This document shows positions 26,694 through 38,700 of a stretch of 64,000 nt of DNA, in pieces. This DNA is from Candidatus Omnitrophota bacterium (GTDB taxonomy: Bacteria; Omnitrophota; Gorgyraeia; Tantalellales; Tantalellaceae). Below the pieces are notes generated by a model. That model did not search any database. It worked only from the letters and a program-made list of their open reading frames with translations, and was not told where the DNA came from. Each line of letters starts with the position of its first letter. Within the stretch, counting starts at the first letter, position 1. The position numbers were made by a program, and so were the translations under genes. The stretch covers positions 2,134 through 66,133 of the forward strand of contig JBAROK010000007.1 of NCBI GenBank assembly GCA_049642065.1, written 5' to 3'.

Positions 26694-26697
26694 AGGA
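26694..26697 (+). promoter_or_regulatory. Shine-Dalgarno for gene 2.
   Basis: GAGG ~8 nt upstream of ATG 26706. Confidence 0.5.
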
Positions 26698-26705
26698 AAA
26701 CAAAT

Positions 26706-29700
26706 ATGAAAGCTTGGCATGATAAAGGATCGGACAGTATAGACTTACCAAATATAGCCGCCTCCGGCGGCGAGGTAATGCCTAGTATCTCGACTTTCAA
26801 GTCAAGGCATGTAAAGTTTATCAAAACAGTCGCATTAGTTGTCGTAGGCCTGTTTCTGCATCAGCAGATCGTATGGGCTACCGGTGGCGAAGCCATTTGG
26901 ACTACTGCCTTAAAAGGGAGTAAGTACGATTATAAATATGACAATTACAAAGGTGGCCAGGACTTTGAAGTGCCTTATGACGTTGCTCAGAAACAGGCAA
27001 CCCATCTTAACGGCGGCGACGAGGTCATAATCCAGATACAGGACGCTCACGCGTCTCTTTCTGCGCAATACTCAATCGTAAAACTGCTCGATTCACTTGT
27101 TGCTAATTACGAGCTCAATTTCGTTGCCCTTGAGGGCTCGAAAGGGCTTTTGGACACATCAGTACTCAGCACATTTCCCGATAAGGACATACGCGAAAAT
27201 ACGGCTGATTTTCTCATGAGAGAAGGTCGCATGAGCGCCGGTGAGTTTTTTACCGTTACGCGCGATAATGACATACGCCTCTACGGTGTTGAAGACGATA
27301 AGCTGTACCGTAAGAACGTTGAAAGTTTCTGCGATGTAGCGTCAAACCGTACGGAGCTGGTCAGTATTGTTAAGGCTTTCGAGAAGAATATAGATGCCCT
27401 TGAAGAAAAAGTCTACTCAGATGACCTCAAGACCTTTATCGCCAAAAGCCGCGAGCACAGAGAAGGCTCTTTGAGTTTTACCGATTACTGGAAACAGATC
27501 AACGAGTTCGCAAAACGCTTCAAGCTGGATACCTCGCGTTACGAAGAGCTGAAGAAGCTTCTTGAGACGGTTGAACTGGAAACCCAGATAGATTTCGTAA
27601 GAGCCAACCAGGAAAGGCGCGATCTTATCGACGCTCTCAGCAAGAGCATGGATAAGGGGGAACTTGAAGCGCTTGTTCTTAAGTCCGTTGATTTCAAACA
27701 GAATAAGATCTCGCAGGGTGCCTTCCACAGTTACCTGGCAACCCTTGCGGAGAAACACGGGGTAAAGACCGAAGGATACGAGAATCTTATTGCTTTCACC
27801 AAATACGTTTCGCTTTACGAGACTATCGATATTTTCGGTATGTATCACGAGATAGAAGCATTCGAAGACAATCTGCGCGAAAAATTTTACCGTAACGATT
27901 ACGAACGCAAACTGCACAAGATGGCCAAAATGGCGCGTCTTCTGGATAAGCTTTACAGCATGGAGCTTACCAACGGTGATTGCGCGTATATCGATGCGAA
28001 CCGTGCCGAATATAACGCGGCTGAGTTCGCCGGGTTCATTAAGGAAACTTCCAAAAAGTACAATGTTCCTGTAGGCAGTTACGATATAGCCCAGATGCTT
28101 TCCGGTATTGATGAAGCGCTTGAATTCTACCATGTGGCTGAATCCAGAAATAAGGCCATGCTTTCTAATACTGTACGCCATATGAGAACAGAAGGGTCCA
28201 AAGTGGCAGCTCTTATCACCGGTGGTTATCACACTAAGGGTTTGACGAAACTTATGGAGGATAAGGAACTGTCTTATTTGGTTATCGTACCGAAGTTCGA
28301 GAAAGATAAGGAACGCCCTTATGTCGCCATACTTACTGGAAAGAAAAAACCGTACCAGAAGCTCCTGGATTCCGGCAAGTACCAGCTTGCTGTCGAAGCG
28401 TATTTTTATTCTACTGAAGGTGATATCACCAGGATGCAAACGGCTATATTCCACGCATTAGGTGAGACCGTTCTGGAAGGTAAGGATCTTGCAAGCATGA
28501 AAGAGCTTTGGAAAAGGGCTTACAGCTCAAGATACGAATCGTTTACACCCAGGCAGATAAAAGATATGCCTTTCGAGCCGATCGATCCGGATGAGTTCGA
28601 TAGGTTCGTGGACGACATACACGTAGTTTCCCAGGGGAGCGATAGGGTAATAATAGGGATAGGCCATGAACTTGCTTATGTTACTTTGAGCAAGCAGGAT
28701 GGTTCTACCGTTATGGGAACAGCTACTTCAAACCAGAAGGCTCATTACGCGAAAAGGCGTGAGGGGCAGATAAGGAAGGATCTTGAAAAGAGGGTGCTGA
28801 ATGACTCTGAAAGAAAGGAGATCGAGCAGAAACTAAGTTCTTCCGAGCTAGTCGAAGAGATAGCGGCTCAGCTAGGAGTTGTTAAATACGGGGTAACGAC
28901 CGTTACATTAGATAAGATTGTTACCAGGCTTAGAGCCAAGGGCGTGCAGATACCTGAGAACTGGAATGAATATACGGATCTTAAGCATCTGGTCAGTGGT
29001 TTTGCCGGCCGGGTGTTCAAAGAAATGCGCAAGATCACGCATATAAAGGTAAATAATTATATACGCGAGAATATCCCTGAAGGGCTTCTTGCGGATACCC
29101 TGGAAGAAAGGCAAGCCAATCTGAAAAAATTATACCCGGAAAAGGTAGAGAGCGCTGATTATAAAATAAGTGCAAGAGTCATACCTGTAGTAGGGCTTTA
29201 TGTCGCGACCGGCCTTAAGGCTCACTTAGGCCTCGGCAGGGCTTATGGCGAACCTGTTATGTATATTGATGACGATTATTGCGACGAACAGGTTCTCAAG
29301 CACGAGTTTTATGAAATGAGCAGATGGGAAGCTAAACGCCGGGACCTGAACCTGGACCCGCAGCAGATGAGGGACTGGATATTCAGTCACCTGGACGAAG
29401 CGCGTAAGTTGAATGATGAGTTTCACGGGCAGAATCCTTACGAGGTTGAAGATCACAGAGCACCTAACGTAAAGTTTGTTTACGCTGACGAGCTTGACAT
29501 CATTATAGCTGCTTCTTCGGATGAAATTGCCGAGAAGGTAAAGGACATAATTAAAGATCTAGTTGAGCTCAGGGATAAACCGGGAAAGATGACCCAGAAA
29601 ATCATTGATGCTGCAATAGCCGTGGTCGATGCAAAAATGAAAAAGATGGGTATAACTAAGAGTTCTGTCGAGCAGGCTACTTGGGACAAGATACAGTTCA

Positions 29701-32700
29701 AAAGACAGGCAACGATATATCATCTTCAGAAACGTATAGCAGGTAAAGCTGAACCGTCACCCTCAAAACCGCAGGCTAAAAAGAAAGCCGCGGCGCAGCC
29801 TAAGAAAAAGGTGGCTGCCGCAAAGACCCAGCCTGAGAATATAAGTGACATGATCGCAGAAGCAAGAAGGTGTTTGCCTTCGTGGAAAGTCTGGCAGGCG
29901 AATAATTTTGACAGGGCTATAGAGCTTTTGACGAAAGTTTTAGAGAAGGATAAGAATAACCAAGAGGCTAGGGAGCTTTTGCAGTTTGCCAAACGCAGCA
30001 AACTGGAAGCGGAAGATAAGATTATAAAAAGGATAAGCAATAACCTTAACGCGGCCGGAACCGCTATCTCCAACGGTAATGTGAAGAAAGGACGCAAGTT
30101 TTTAAACGCTGCATTGGATGATATCTATGCTCTTGGAGTGAGACACGAACGCGGTAAAGGGCTCAAAGATTGGTCGGATGATATCAGGAAAGAACTTAAC
30201 AGGGAAATGGATAAGCAGCGAAGCCCTGCTGAAAAACCGGCTGCCCCAAAGAAAAAACTGACTCCAAAACCGGAAGAGAAAAAAGCCGCTCCAGAAGGAG
30301 TGCACTTTGGCAAAAAAGCTTTAAGGTCAACAGGTGAAGGAATTGTAAGAGATGAGGCTCCTGCTGCTCCAGAACCCAGGCCACTTCCGCCACCACCGTC
30401 AGCAGCGCCAGTAGCGGCACCTACACTGGTACCGGCAGTATCGGACGGTCCGGTTTTTTCTCCGGAAGTAGAGAGTTTTCTTAATGTAATTAGTGTTAAG
30501 AAAAATACTTCTGCGTGGCAGAAAGTCGCCCAAGAAGCACAGAATGTCATGACGAACGGCAGGAACCTGGCTGAAGTGATGAACTATGCCGAATGCAAGG
30601 ATATAGTAACAATAGCTAACAAAAATTACGGTACCATGGGAGCTCTTATCGGTCTTTATACTCCAGCCGTACAGGGTGCGGAACAGGCTCCTACGGTAGA
30701 TATAGTCAGGGTGGTTACTGAAAACCTGCAGCTTGTAAAAGCTCAGATAGATCCGACAGTCAGGGATGCGGTGGAGAAAAAAGCTGATGAACGTCCCACG
30801 CCTGTTAGCGCTGACGGTTTTATCGCCGAAGTTGAGAATATCAGGGCAGATACATATGAGATGCTCATGCAGCCGCTTATTGACAGATTGAAAGCGGAAG
30901 CTCAGTTCGCGGAAAAGAAGGAATCGATCATACCGCAGGCGCAGGTATTAACGGATTATTCTTCGGTTATGCAAAGGATCAAGGGATTGATCGAACAGAA
31001 ACCGCACATGATATCTGATGTGCTTGCCGCTGAAATATCTGCGGTAGAAGCGGATATCGAAAGATTTAACCTGAATGAGGTTACGCTGGAAGGAAGCCGT
31101 GACCCTCATACGGGAGAGGCTTTATGGGGCCTTCTGCAGAAAGAACTTGCAATACTTAAAAGTAAAGAAGCTGCTGAAGAAACGCCTGCCCCGGCAGATG
31201 AAGCTGCTGAAGAAACGGGGGAACCTGGCTTGCTTGAAGAAGAGTATGCTGAACAAAGTAATTTGGACATTTTTCTGGTTAATTACGGTATAGAGAAAGA
31301 AAGTAAGGTCTATACTTTCGTTGTTGAAGGCATAGAAAGGGATTGGCAGGAGCGTCGCCAGGAGAATGTTGAGCTAGAAGATGAAGAGCTGAATACCCAG
31401 ATCCCCGAGGATTCGGCACAAGAGGCTACTTATAGAAGCGCGATAAGGGAAGCGGTGACAAGTATAGAAGCGGATGATTTGAATACCGCGGTTCAATCAC
31501 TAGCCACAGTGATGAATTTTGAGCAAGAGGATACACGTCGTATAAGGCTGGTATCGATATTGCTCAGTTATGTAGAAGCTGCCGAAGCGAAGAAAGACGA
31601 AGAGGAAGCACCGAAAGGTGATGAAGCTCCGGCAAAAAGACGTGAAACTACGGTAGTAGAGCCTTTTAAGGAAGAAATAGATGCGGCCAAAGCTGAAGAA
31701 GAAGCAGCAGGGGCGAAAAAATATTCCGCAGCAACGGAACGTTTTATGGAGATACTCGGTATAAGGCATGATCTCAATGTTTACGCGCTTATTGCCACTG
31801 AAGTTGAGAAGGTGGTGCAGGAAGGTAAAAAACCGCAGGAAGTAGTTAGTATGGACTTCGTTCGTGATTGCGCGAAAGAGATAAAGGCCGAATGCAGTAA
31901 ATTCGACACTCTTGTTACTACTGCTCAAGCGGAGCTGTCCATACTGGAAAAAAGCGGAATGGATCTCACCCAGAAGATAAAAGATAAACTCAAGTTCGCG
32001 TTGGGACAGGTAAACCCCAAGGCTAGAGAGGTGGTGACAGGAAAGTTACTGGCGAGAATGGAAAAAGAAGAGGAACGGCCCACTAATACAGGCGACCTCC
32101 TCGGTGCATTGCTTGATATCCGCGATGATGCCACGGAAGCTTTGGCGCAGCCTATAATCAAATATCTGCAGGAAGGCAGAAGTCAGGCTGAAAGGGACGC
32201 TCAGAAGATCATGGGTCTTTTGACCACGGCCGAAGAAGATATGAGTGCGGAGAACTATGTGAGAGCTCGTAAGAAAGCGAACCGGGTTCTTGAACTTGAT
32301 TCTGCAAACGAGGATGCGAAAAACATAATCGCCCGTATTGACAAAATAGAAGCGGCAGAGGTTTCTCCGGAAGATGCTGAAGCCAAAGCAAAAGGGGCCG
32401 CAGTTTCCGCAGCGCTTATCAAGCAGAGCGATGTTATGAGTAAAACAGTAGGACTTATAGCCAAGCTTAAACATATGGCTATGTATCCGCCGGTACTTGA
32501 AAAAGATATTCTGTCGGTTGAGAACGACATAGCGGGATACAACATGAACGAAGAGACTCTTGCGGGCGGTAAAGACAAGATCTCGGGCAGGCCGCTTTGG
32601 GACGTTCTGCAGGAAGAGCTGCAGAGAGTCAAAGAGATCTATGCTTCCCAGGAAGAAAAACCGAAAACCGCGATCGAAACTGCTGTTGAAAGTGGGATAT

Positions 32701-35700
32701 TGGAGATCCGTGCGTGGTTAGCAGATTGGCGCAAGCAGATGGAAGAAGTAGAGAGCGAAGATATTCCGGATGTTAGCAAGCTCGATGATATCATTCGCAT
32801 CAGGATGAAAGAGCTGAATGCCAGGAAGAAAGAACTTGAAAATAAAATAACAACAATGGAAAAAGAGTCAGGTAAGACTCGCAGGACTTCGACCGAGCAG
32901 CTTGAGAACATACTTAACAAGGATTTTGAGTTCACTGTTAAAGGAGACGGCGAGGTAGACGGCATAAGGCAGATAATAGCCAAGAAAGCCGCTTACAAGG
33001 TTCTCGAGCATATGGATAACTGGCATTCCCGTGTTATGAAATCCGAGGAGTTCGAGAATAAGAGCGTTAAGGCCATAGAAGAGTTCATACAAGAACAGCG
33101 TGAAGAGATGGGCCGCATAATGAAAAGGTACGGTATAACCGAGGAGACAGTGCCCGGTGAAGTAGACGAGCTTAACCGTATGTTCAATTTCTGTGCCATG
33201 CAGGCTACGGTAGAGGCGTCCAAGAGACGGAAACCGCAACTTACAGAGACGCAGCAGCTTATCGCTCTGGAAGCCCAGAGAGAACATGAAACTCAGGAGA
33301 AACATAAAAAGACCCATGTCAGCATCAAGCCTGCTAAACCGAGCCAGAGCAGCGAAACAGAAAAACTTATCGAGAGAATAAATAACGGTGAAAGCATGGA
33401 AGATATCGCTGATGACGCTATCTCTGTGATAGAGGCAATCATAGCGGATAATCAGGAAGAAGAACCCGCACGGGCAAAAGACGAATTCAGTGACCTGGTA
33501 AATCACTCTTATGAGGACGGTCATGCCGTACGTATAGTCGGGGCGATAGAGATAGCTTTCAGTAAGATACAGGATTCAGATGAAACCGAAGAAGCAGCCC
33601 GTAAAACCATGGTGGATGGCATACGTCAGATGCAGAACGTTTTTGATTCTGCTCCGGAACTTACAGGGAACGAAGAAGCCAAAAGACAAGCTTATCATAT
33701 ACAGGATCTGGGTGAATGTGTTCTTGACACGGCGTTCAGGTCAAGGTTCAGGAAGTTCAGTACGCTTTATGACAGCCAGAGAAGGGCAGTAAAAGACGTT
33801 ATCATCAAAGAAACCAGATCGAGAGACGGTATGACAAGAAGCAAGATCGGTCAGATGCCGACCTCTTCCGGTAAAACGATAGCACTTTATACAGGTGCTT
33901 ATATCATGGCCATTAAAGCTCTTAGTAATAGCGGCAAAGAGGAATCCGAAGGTGTGCTTATCACTTCTACGGAAGAGTCCAAGGCAAAGGAAGATGCGAC
34001 GGAAGCTGCCAGAGCCCTGGCGAGGCTTGGTATTCAGGTAGGGTTTATAGGCTCCAGCCCGGAAGGTCAGCCAGTAGGATACCTGTTTGACGTTACTACG
34101 AACCGTCTTGAAAAAGTTGAGAACGATACCAGGGTGTATTCTGAAGCTGTTGTGATATACAGTACGCTGGATAAGTTTGTTCATCGTTCGCAGAACGAAG
34201 AAATGGCGCAGGATCCAAGAGAAAGACAGTTCATATCTCGTAAATGGCGCCTGAGAATGGACGAAGCGGACGTGCCGCTTATATATGACCTTTCGAACCC
34301 GTTCATCGTTTCCAGTACACAGGGAGACCCCAGGTTGCTCCGCAAGATAGACCAGGTTGTCCGTGAACACATAATAGTCAAGGAACTGCGTAAAGAACTG
34401 GGTATAGACGTTTTTGACTCGATGGAGCTGCGAGATAAGCTGGCCAGAAGGGATTTCTTGAAACCTGCTGGTGATCTTACTTCTGAAGAAAGGGCGCAGA
34501 TAGAGCAGAGGATATACGGTGATACGGAGCTCTATAAGACTGACCGGAAAAAGAGAACTGTAACTTTTAACCAGGATGGGTTATATGTCCTGGCCCAACA
34601 GCTTGAGACGCTCGGTGTACCGAGAGATGCTATAAATGCGAACAGGGCGATATACGGCAGACTGGCCGAGACCGCTCTTGCCTCACATCTTTTTGACGAA
34701 AAATACAAACATTATACAGAAATGGTAGTTCGCGGCAAACAGGAAATAGTCCTTCTGGATGAAGGTACGGGCCGGGTTAAGTTCGGCCGGTTGCCATATG
34801 ATCTCCAGGCCGCTATTGAAGCTAAAGAAGACCTTCCGGTAATGCCGGAGGAAGATTCCGATCTTATATACCAGATAGACGGTATCGTTCGTGACAAGGT
34901 ACTGAACCATCCGGGGCTTTACGAGAAGAAAGAGAACGAAAGATTCGTGATGCTGAATTCCCGTGGGCTTCAAGTTATGGAAGAGGCTTTGGTGGAAGCG
35001 GGCAGAAGAGCAGATGACGTGAAACGCGATAAGGCCAAATTCGAAGAACTGGCCGAAAGGGCTCTTGCGGCATCGCTTTTCTATGTGAAAGATAAAGATT
35101 ACAGCGTTATGAAAGTTAACGAAAAAGATGAGATCATCCTCCTTGATGAAGGTACCGGTAAGCCGATGTATGGCAGGAGATTGTCGTATGGTCTTCACGC
35201 CGCGATAGAAGCCAAGGAAGGGCTTGAAGTTAAACCTGAGGGAGTCGTTGTTGCATGGGGAACCCTGAGCGGTTTTCTGGAACAGTCTTTCATCCAGTCT
35301 TTCGGTGGTGTCACGGCGACAAGCGACAGGGATGCTATGATGCAGCTTCATAAACTGGAGACTGTTGATATATTAAGAGGTTTGCGCGACGAAATGTCAA
35401 TAAGGGAATTCAATAGAGCTTATGATGACCTTGAGCCGGAAGAGAGAGCGAAAATAAATACGGTGGTTTTTGAGAGCCGCAGGGAAGAAAAAGATCCGCA
35501 GATATACGCGACCAGGACAAAGAAGGTCAAAGCAGTCTTCCGGGTTGTGATGAGAGAACATAAGAATGAGAATAAAAGGCCCATTATGATAAAGGTGGCT
35601 AATGACGTCCAAGCCCAGGAAATGGCTGCCCTTATAAGGAACGGCCTGAGTGAGAATGCTGACATAGAGCTTCTCAACAAAATGGCACAAAGGCTGTTCA

Positions 35701-38700
35701 ATAAACCATACGCTGAGCTTGACGCGGAACAGCAGAATAAGGTCAACAACATAGAGATTATGACAGCCGCAACGTACGCGGATATAGAACGTATCAAGAA
35801 AAGAGCCGGCCGGGAAGGCCAGATAACCATAGTGACGAACCTCGGTGGAAGGGGTATAGATATAAAACTTACAGCTGAATCTGCAAGGATAGGCGGACTT
35901 TTCGGTATATCCACGTATTTCGATGAACTTTCCGCTTCGGATATACAGTTCAGAGGTCGTGTCGGAAGAAACGGCCGTCCGGGTATGTGGATGGGGTTCT
36001 GGTCCCTTGAGGACAGGGCGTTCCAGAAATATGCAGAAGCTCACCCGGAAGGCGTGCAGATACTTAAAGATATGCTTGCGGCAGTCGAAAAAGATGAGAG
36101 ACAGCCAAGTAAGCATATAGGTGCCGAGCCCATAGTTAAACAGATTGTCGAAGAGATAAGGGAAAGTATCAAGAAAAGGCATATATATGGCAACCGTCAG
36201 CATCAGGAACTTTCTGAATATATAGAAAGACGTAAAGACGCGTTTTTTGGTAAAAGGGATAAGCTTGTATTCAAACTGAGGGATCTCATTGACAAAATAC
36301 AAGAAGAGAAGAAGAAATTAGAGGAAGTTGACCGCAGCATACGCGAGCATGGGGAAGAGTTCATGGACCTTATCGGTGAGTCTGCTCCGGCAATGGACGC
36401 GTCTGCTTCACAGATAATTGAAAGAGTTATGATCGCGTGCGAAATGAACGATACTGTCGGTAAGAACATAACGGACCTGGCAGCGAAAGGCGATGAGATC
36501 GCCAGTAACCTGGTAGATATCATAGGTAGCAGGGAATATATCATTGAGACGATAAGGGAGATGGAAGCCGACAGGAAAAAGCTCATGCTTCCTATAGTGA
36601 AAATGGACGTTTCCTGGAAGAGATTTCTCGCTAAAGCGGGTAATATACAGAAAGACCTTGACCGCTTTATCAGGCATTACGGATGGCGCCAGGCGCTTCT
36701 TCAGATAGATCCGGTAGTTAACCGTGAGGCTATGGTGAAGGAAGCTTACGAATCAGAGTTTGGTAAACCGCATATAGGGTTAAGTATTTTCAAGATGGCT
36801 GTCAGGGCAGTTGTTGTTTTTGGAACACTGTTCGGTGTATCCATTCTTGCGCCTTCGGTACTTGTTGGATTATTTAATGTTATCGGCTTGCCATTTACAG
36901 CGGGATATATATTCCTGCTGGTTGCGGCGACGCTGGTAGCGGTAAAACCGAAGATCGGCCTGTCTGTTTTAACGATGACCGGTTTCTGGGCCATTTTCAA
37001 GAGTCTTTTCAAGGTAATGGACCTACATTATCTTACGGTTAAACTGACATCAGACGCGTTTTCCCTGATGACAAATGACGCTTATCTGGTTTTTCTTACG
37101 GGGCTTGTAAGTGTGGTGTTCCTCGGGGTCACTCTGATGATGCAGAGGAAGTTCTTGAAACAGTTCCAGGAAGTAGACAAGAGCCTGAGGAATTTTGCAC
37201 GTGCTTTTCATGATATTGAAGGTGTAGGGTTTACCCGGGCCATGGTCAAGTTTGTGTTCCAGCAGGTGCTTAGCCTGGTAAATTATATAGCGCCAATGCT
37301 GGCAGGGCTTTGCCTGATCGTAACGGCTGCATTTCCTCCTTTTGTTAGCGGCGCCCTGGTTGTGGCACCTGTTACTGTCGGGATAGGGGCAGCTATAGGC
37401 GCGTTGGGACTTTTGACAACAGCAATAACCATATTAATCAACTGGAGACAGATCAAGGAAAGAGGCGTACACCGTCCCAGTATTCCAGAAAGATATGTTT
37501 CGGTAATAATTGACAGCGTTATCGGATTGACCACTGGTTTCTTTGTTTACACAATGGCTACACAGGTCAATCCGCTTTATATCATATTCGGTACCGCTGC
37601 GGCTGTGCTGCTTTTAATGATTACAAAAAGGAGTGTTTCCAAGGCTTTTGGAACGCACGCGATCCATAAAAAGACTGTTATGAGGGGAATGGCTCTTGCA
37701 CTTCCTCTGACAATAGCTTTGGTGCTTGTGTCACGGGCTATCGGTATGACGACTACCCCGCTTACGGCTGCGGTAGCGCTGGCGTCAGTTCCGTTTTTCA
37801 TGAGTTTAACAGGATATTTGGTTGCACAGTGGTATTCAGCTAAGAGGCTTTCCCAGATAGAGTCGAAAATAACTGGCATTTCCAGGACTAGAAGTTTTGT
37901 GGCTACTGTTTTTGAGCAGAACGTTCTTAATGTCAGACAGTGGGCTCCCGGACTTGGAGCAGCGACTACACTGGTTCTTGGAGTATGGGGGCTCTTAGGC
38001 AAGAGCAGCCTTCTCAATGGTGTGCCGATAACACTGGGAGTGCTCACCGGTCTTTATATCATGTTGCGCATAGCCAGGGAAGTATACAAGAGGCGGTATG
38101 CTAAAAGGGATGTTGCCGAAAAGACCATAAAAGATCTTCGCCTTGCCAGGAACGTTATATCAAAGGATGAGTTCTCTCGGCTCAGAGAAGCGGCTACAGC
38201 GTATAAAGCCGAACGTTTCAATACGGATAATCCGTATCTTCTGGCTGTCACAAAATTGGACGCAGCTATTGAAGGCAATTCAGTGCTTAAAAGGATATTG
38301 AAAGAGGTTACCGCGCACGGTCCTCCCAGCACCGGAAAATGGGATAAAGCCGAACTTAAAAGCTCGATTGAAAAAGTCATATTTTTTGAAAATGCCGTAG
38401 ACTTAAACGGTGATGTGGTCCAGATGGACGAGCAGGGAGAACTTGCTGTTACAGCGTATATATCTCTTTTTGAAGAGTTCAACCTGGTCAGGACATTCCT
38501 TGATAGAGCATATACATCCGCACGTGATCCAGAGAACTGGATGAAAGCCCTCAGATATTCGTTCCTATTTTCTATAGGGTTCCCGCTTCTTGTCGGTGGC
38601 GCTAAAGCCGCATATGTTAAACGTGAACAGGCGGTTGCCAAGCACGAAAGAGAAGTCGCGCAGCAGAAATTACTGCAAGAGATGAGGATGGCTAAGCTGG

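Noticed and set aside
27417-28454. 345-aa ORF on the minus strand.
   Set aside because: It lies entirely antisense within gene 2, with no promoter or SD context and no recognisable motifs. Long antisense ORFs are expected opposite a 36-kb gene. This is a spurious call.
35397-36302. 301-aa minus-strand ORF, plus the many other 60-250-aa minus-strand ORFs in the track.
   Set aside because: All are embedded antisense in the giant CDSs and have no independent signals. They are treated as non-coding.
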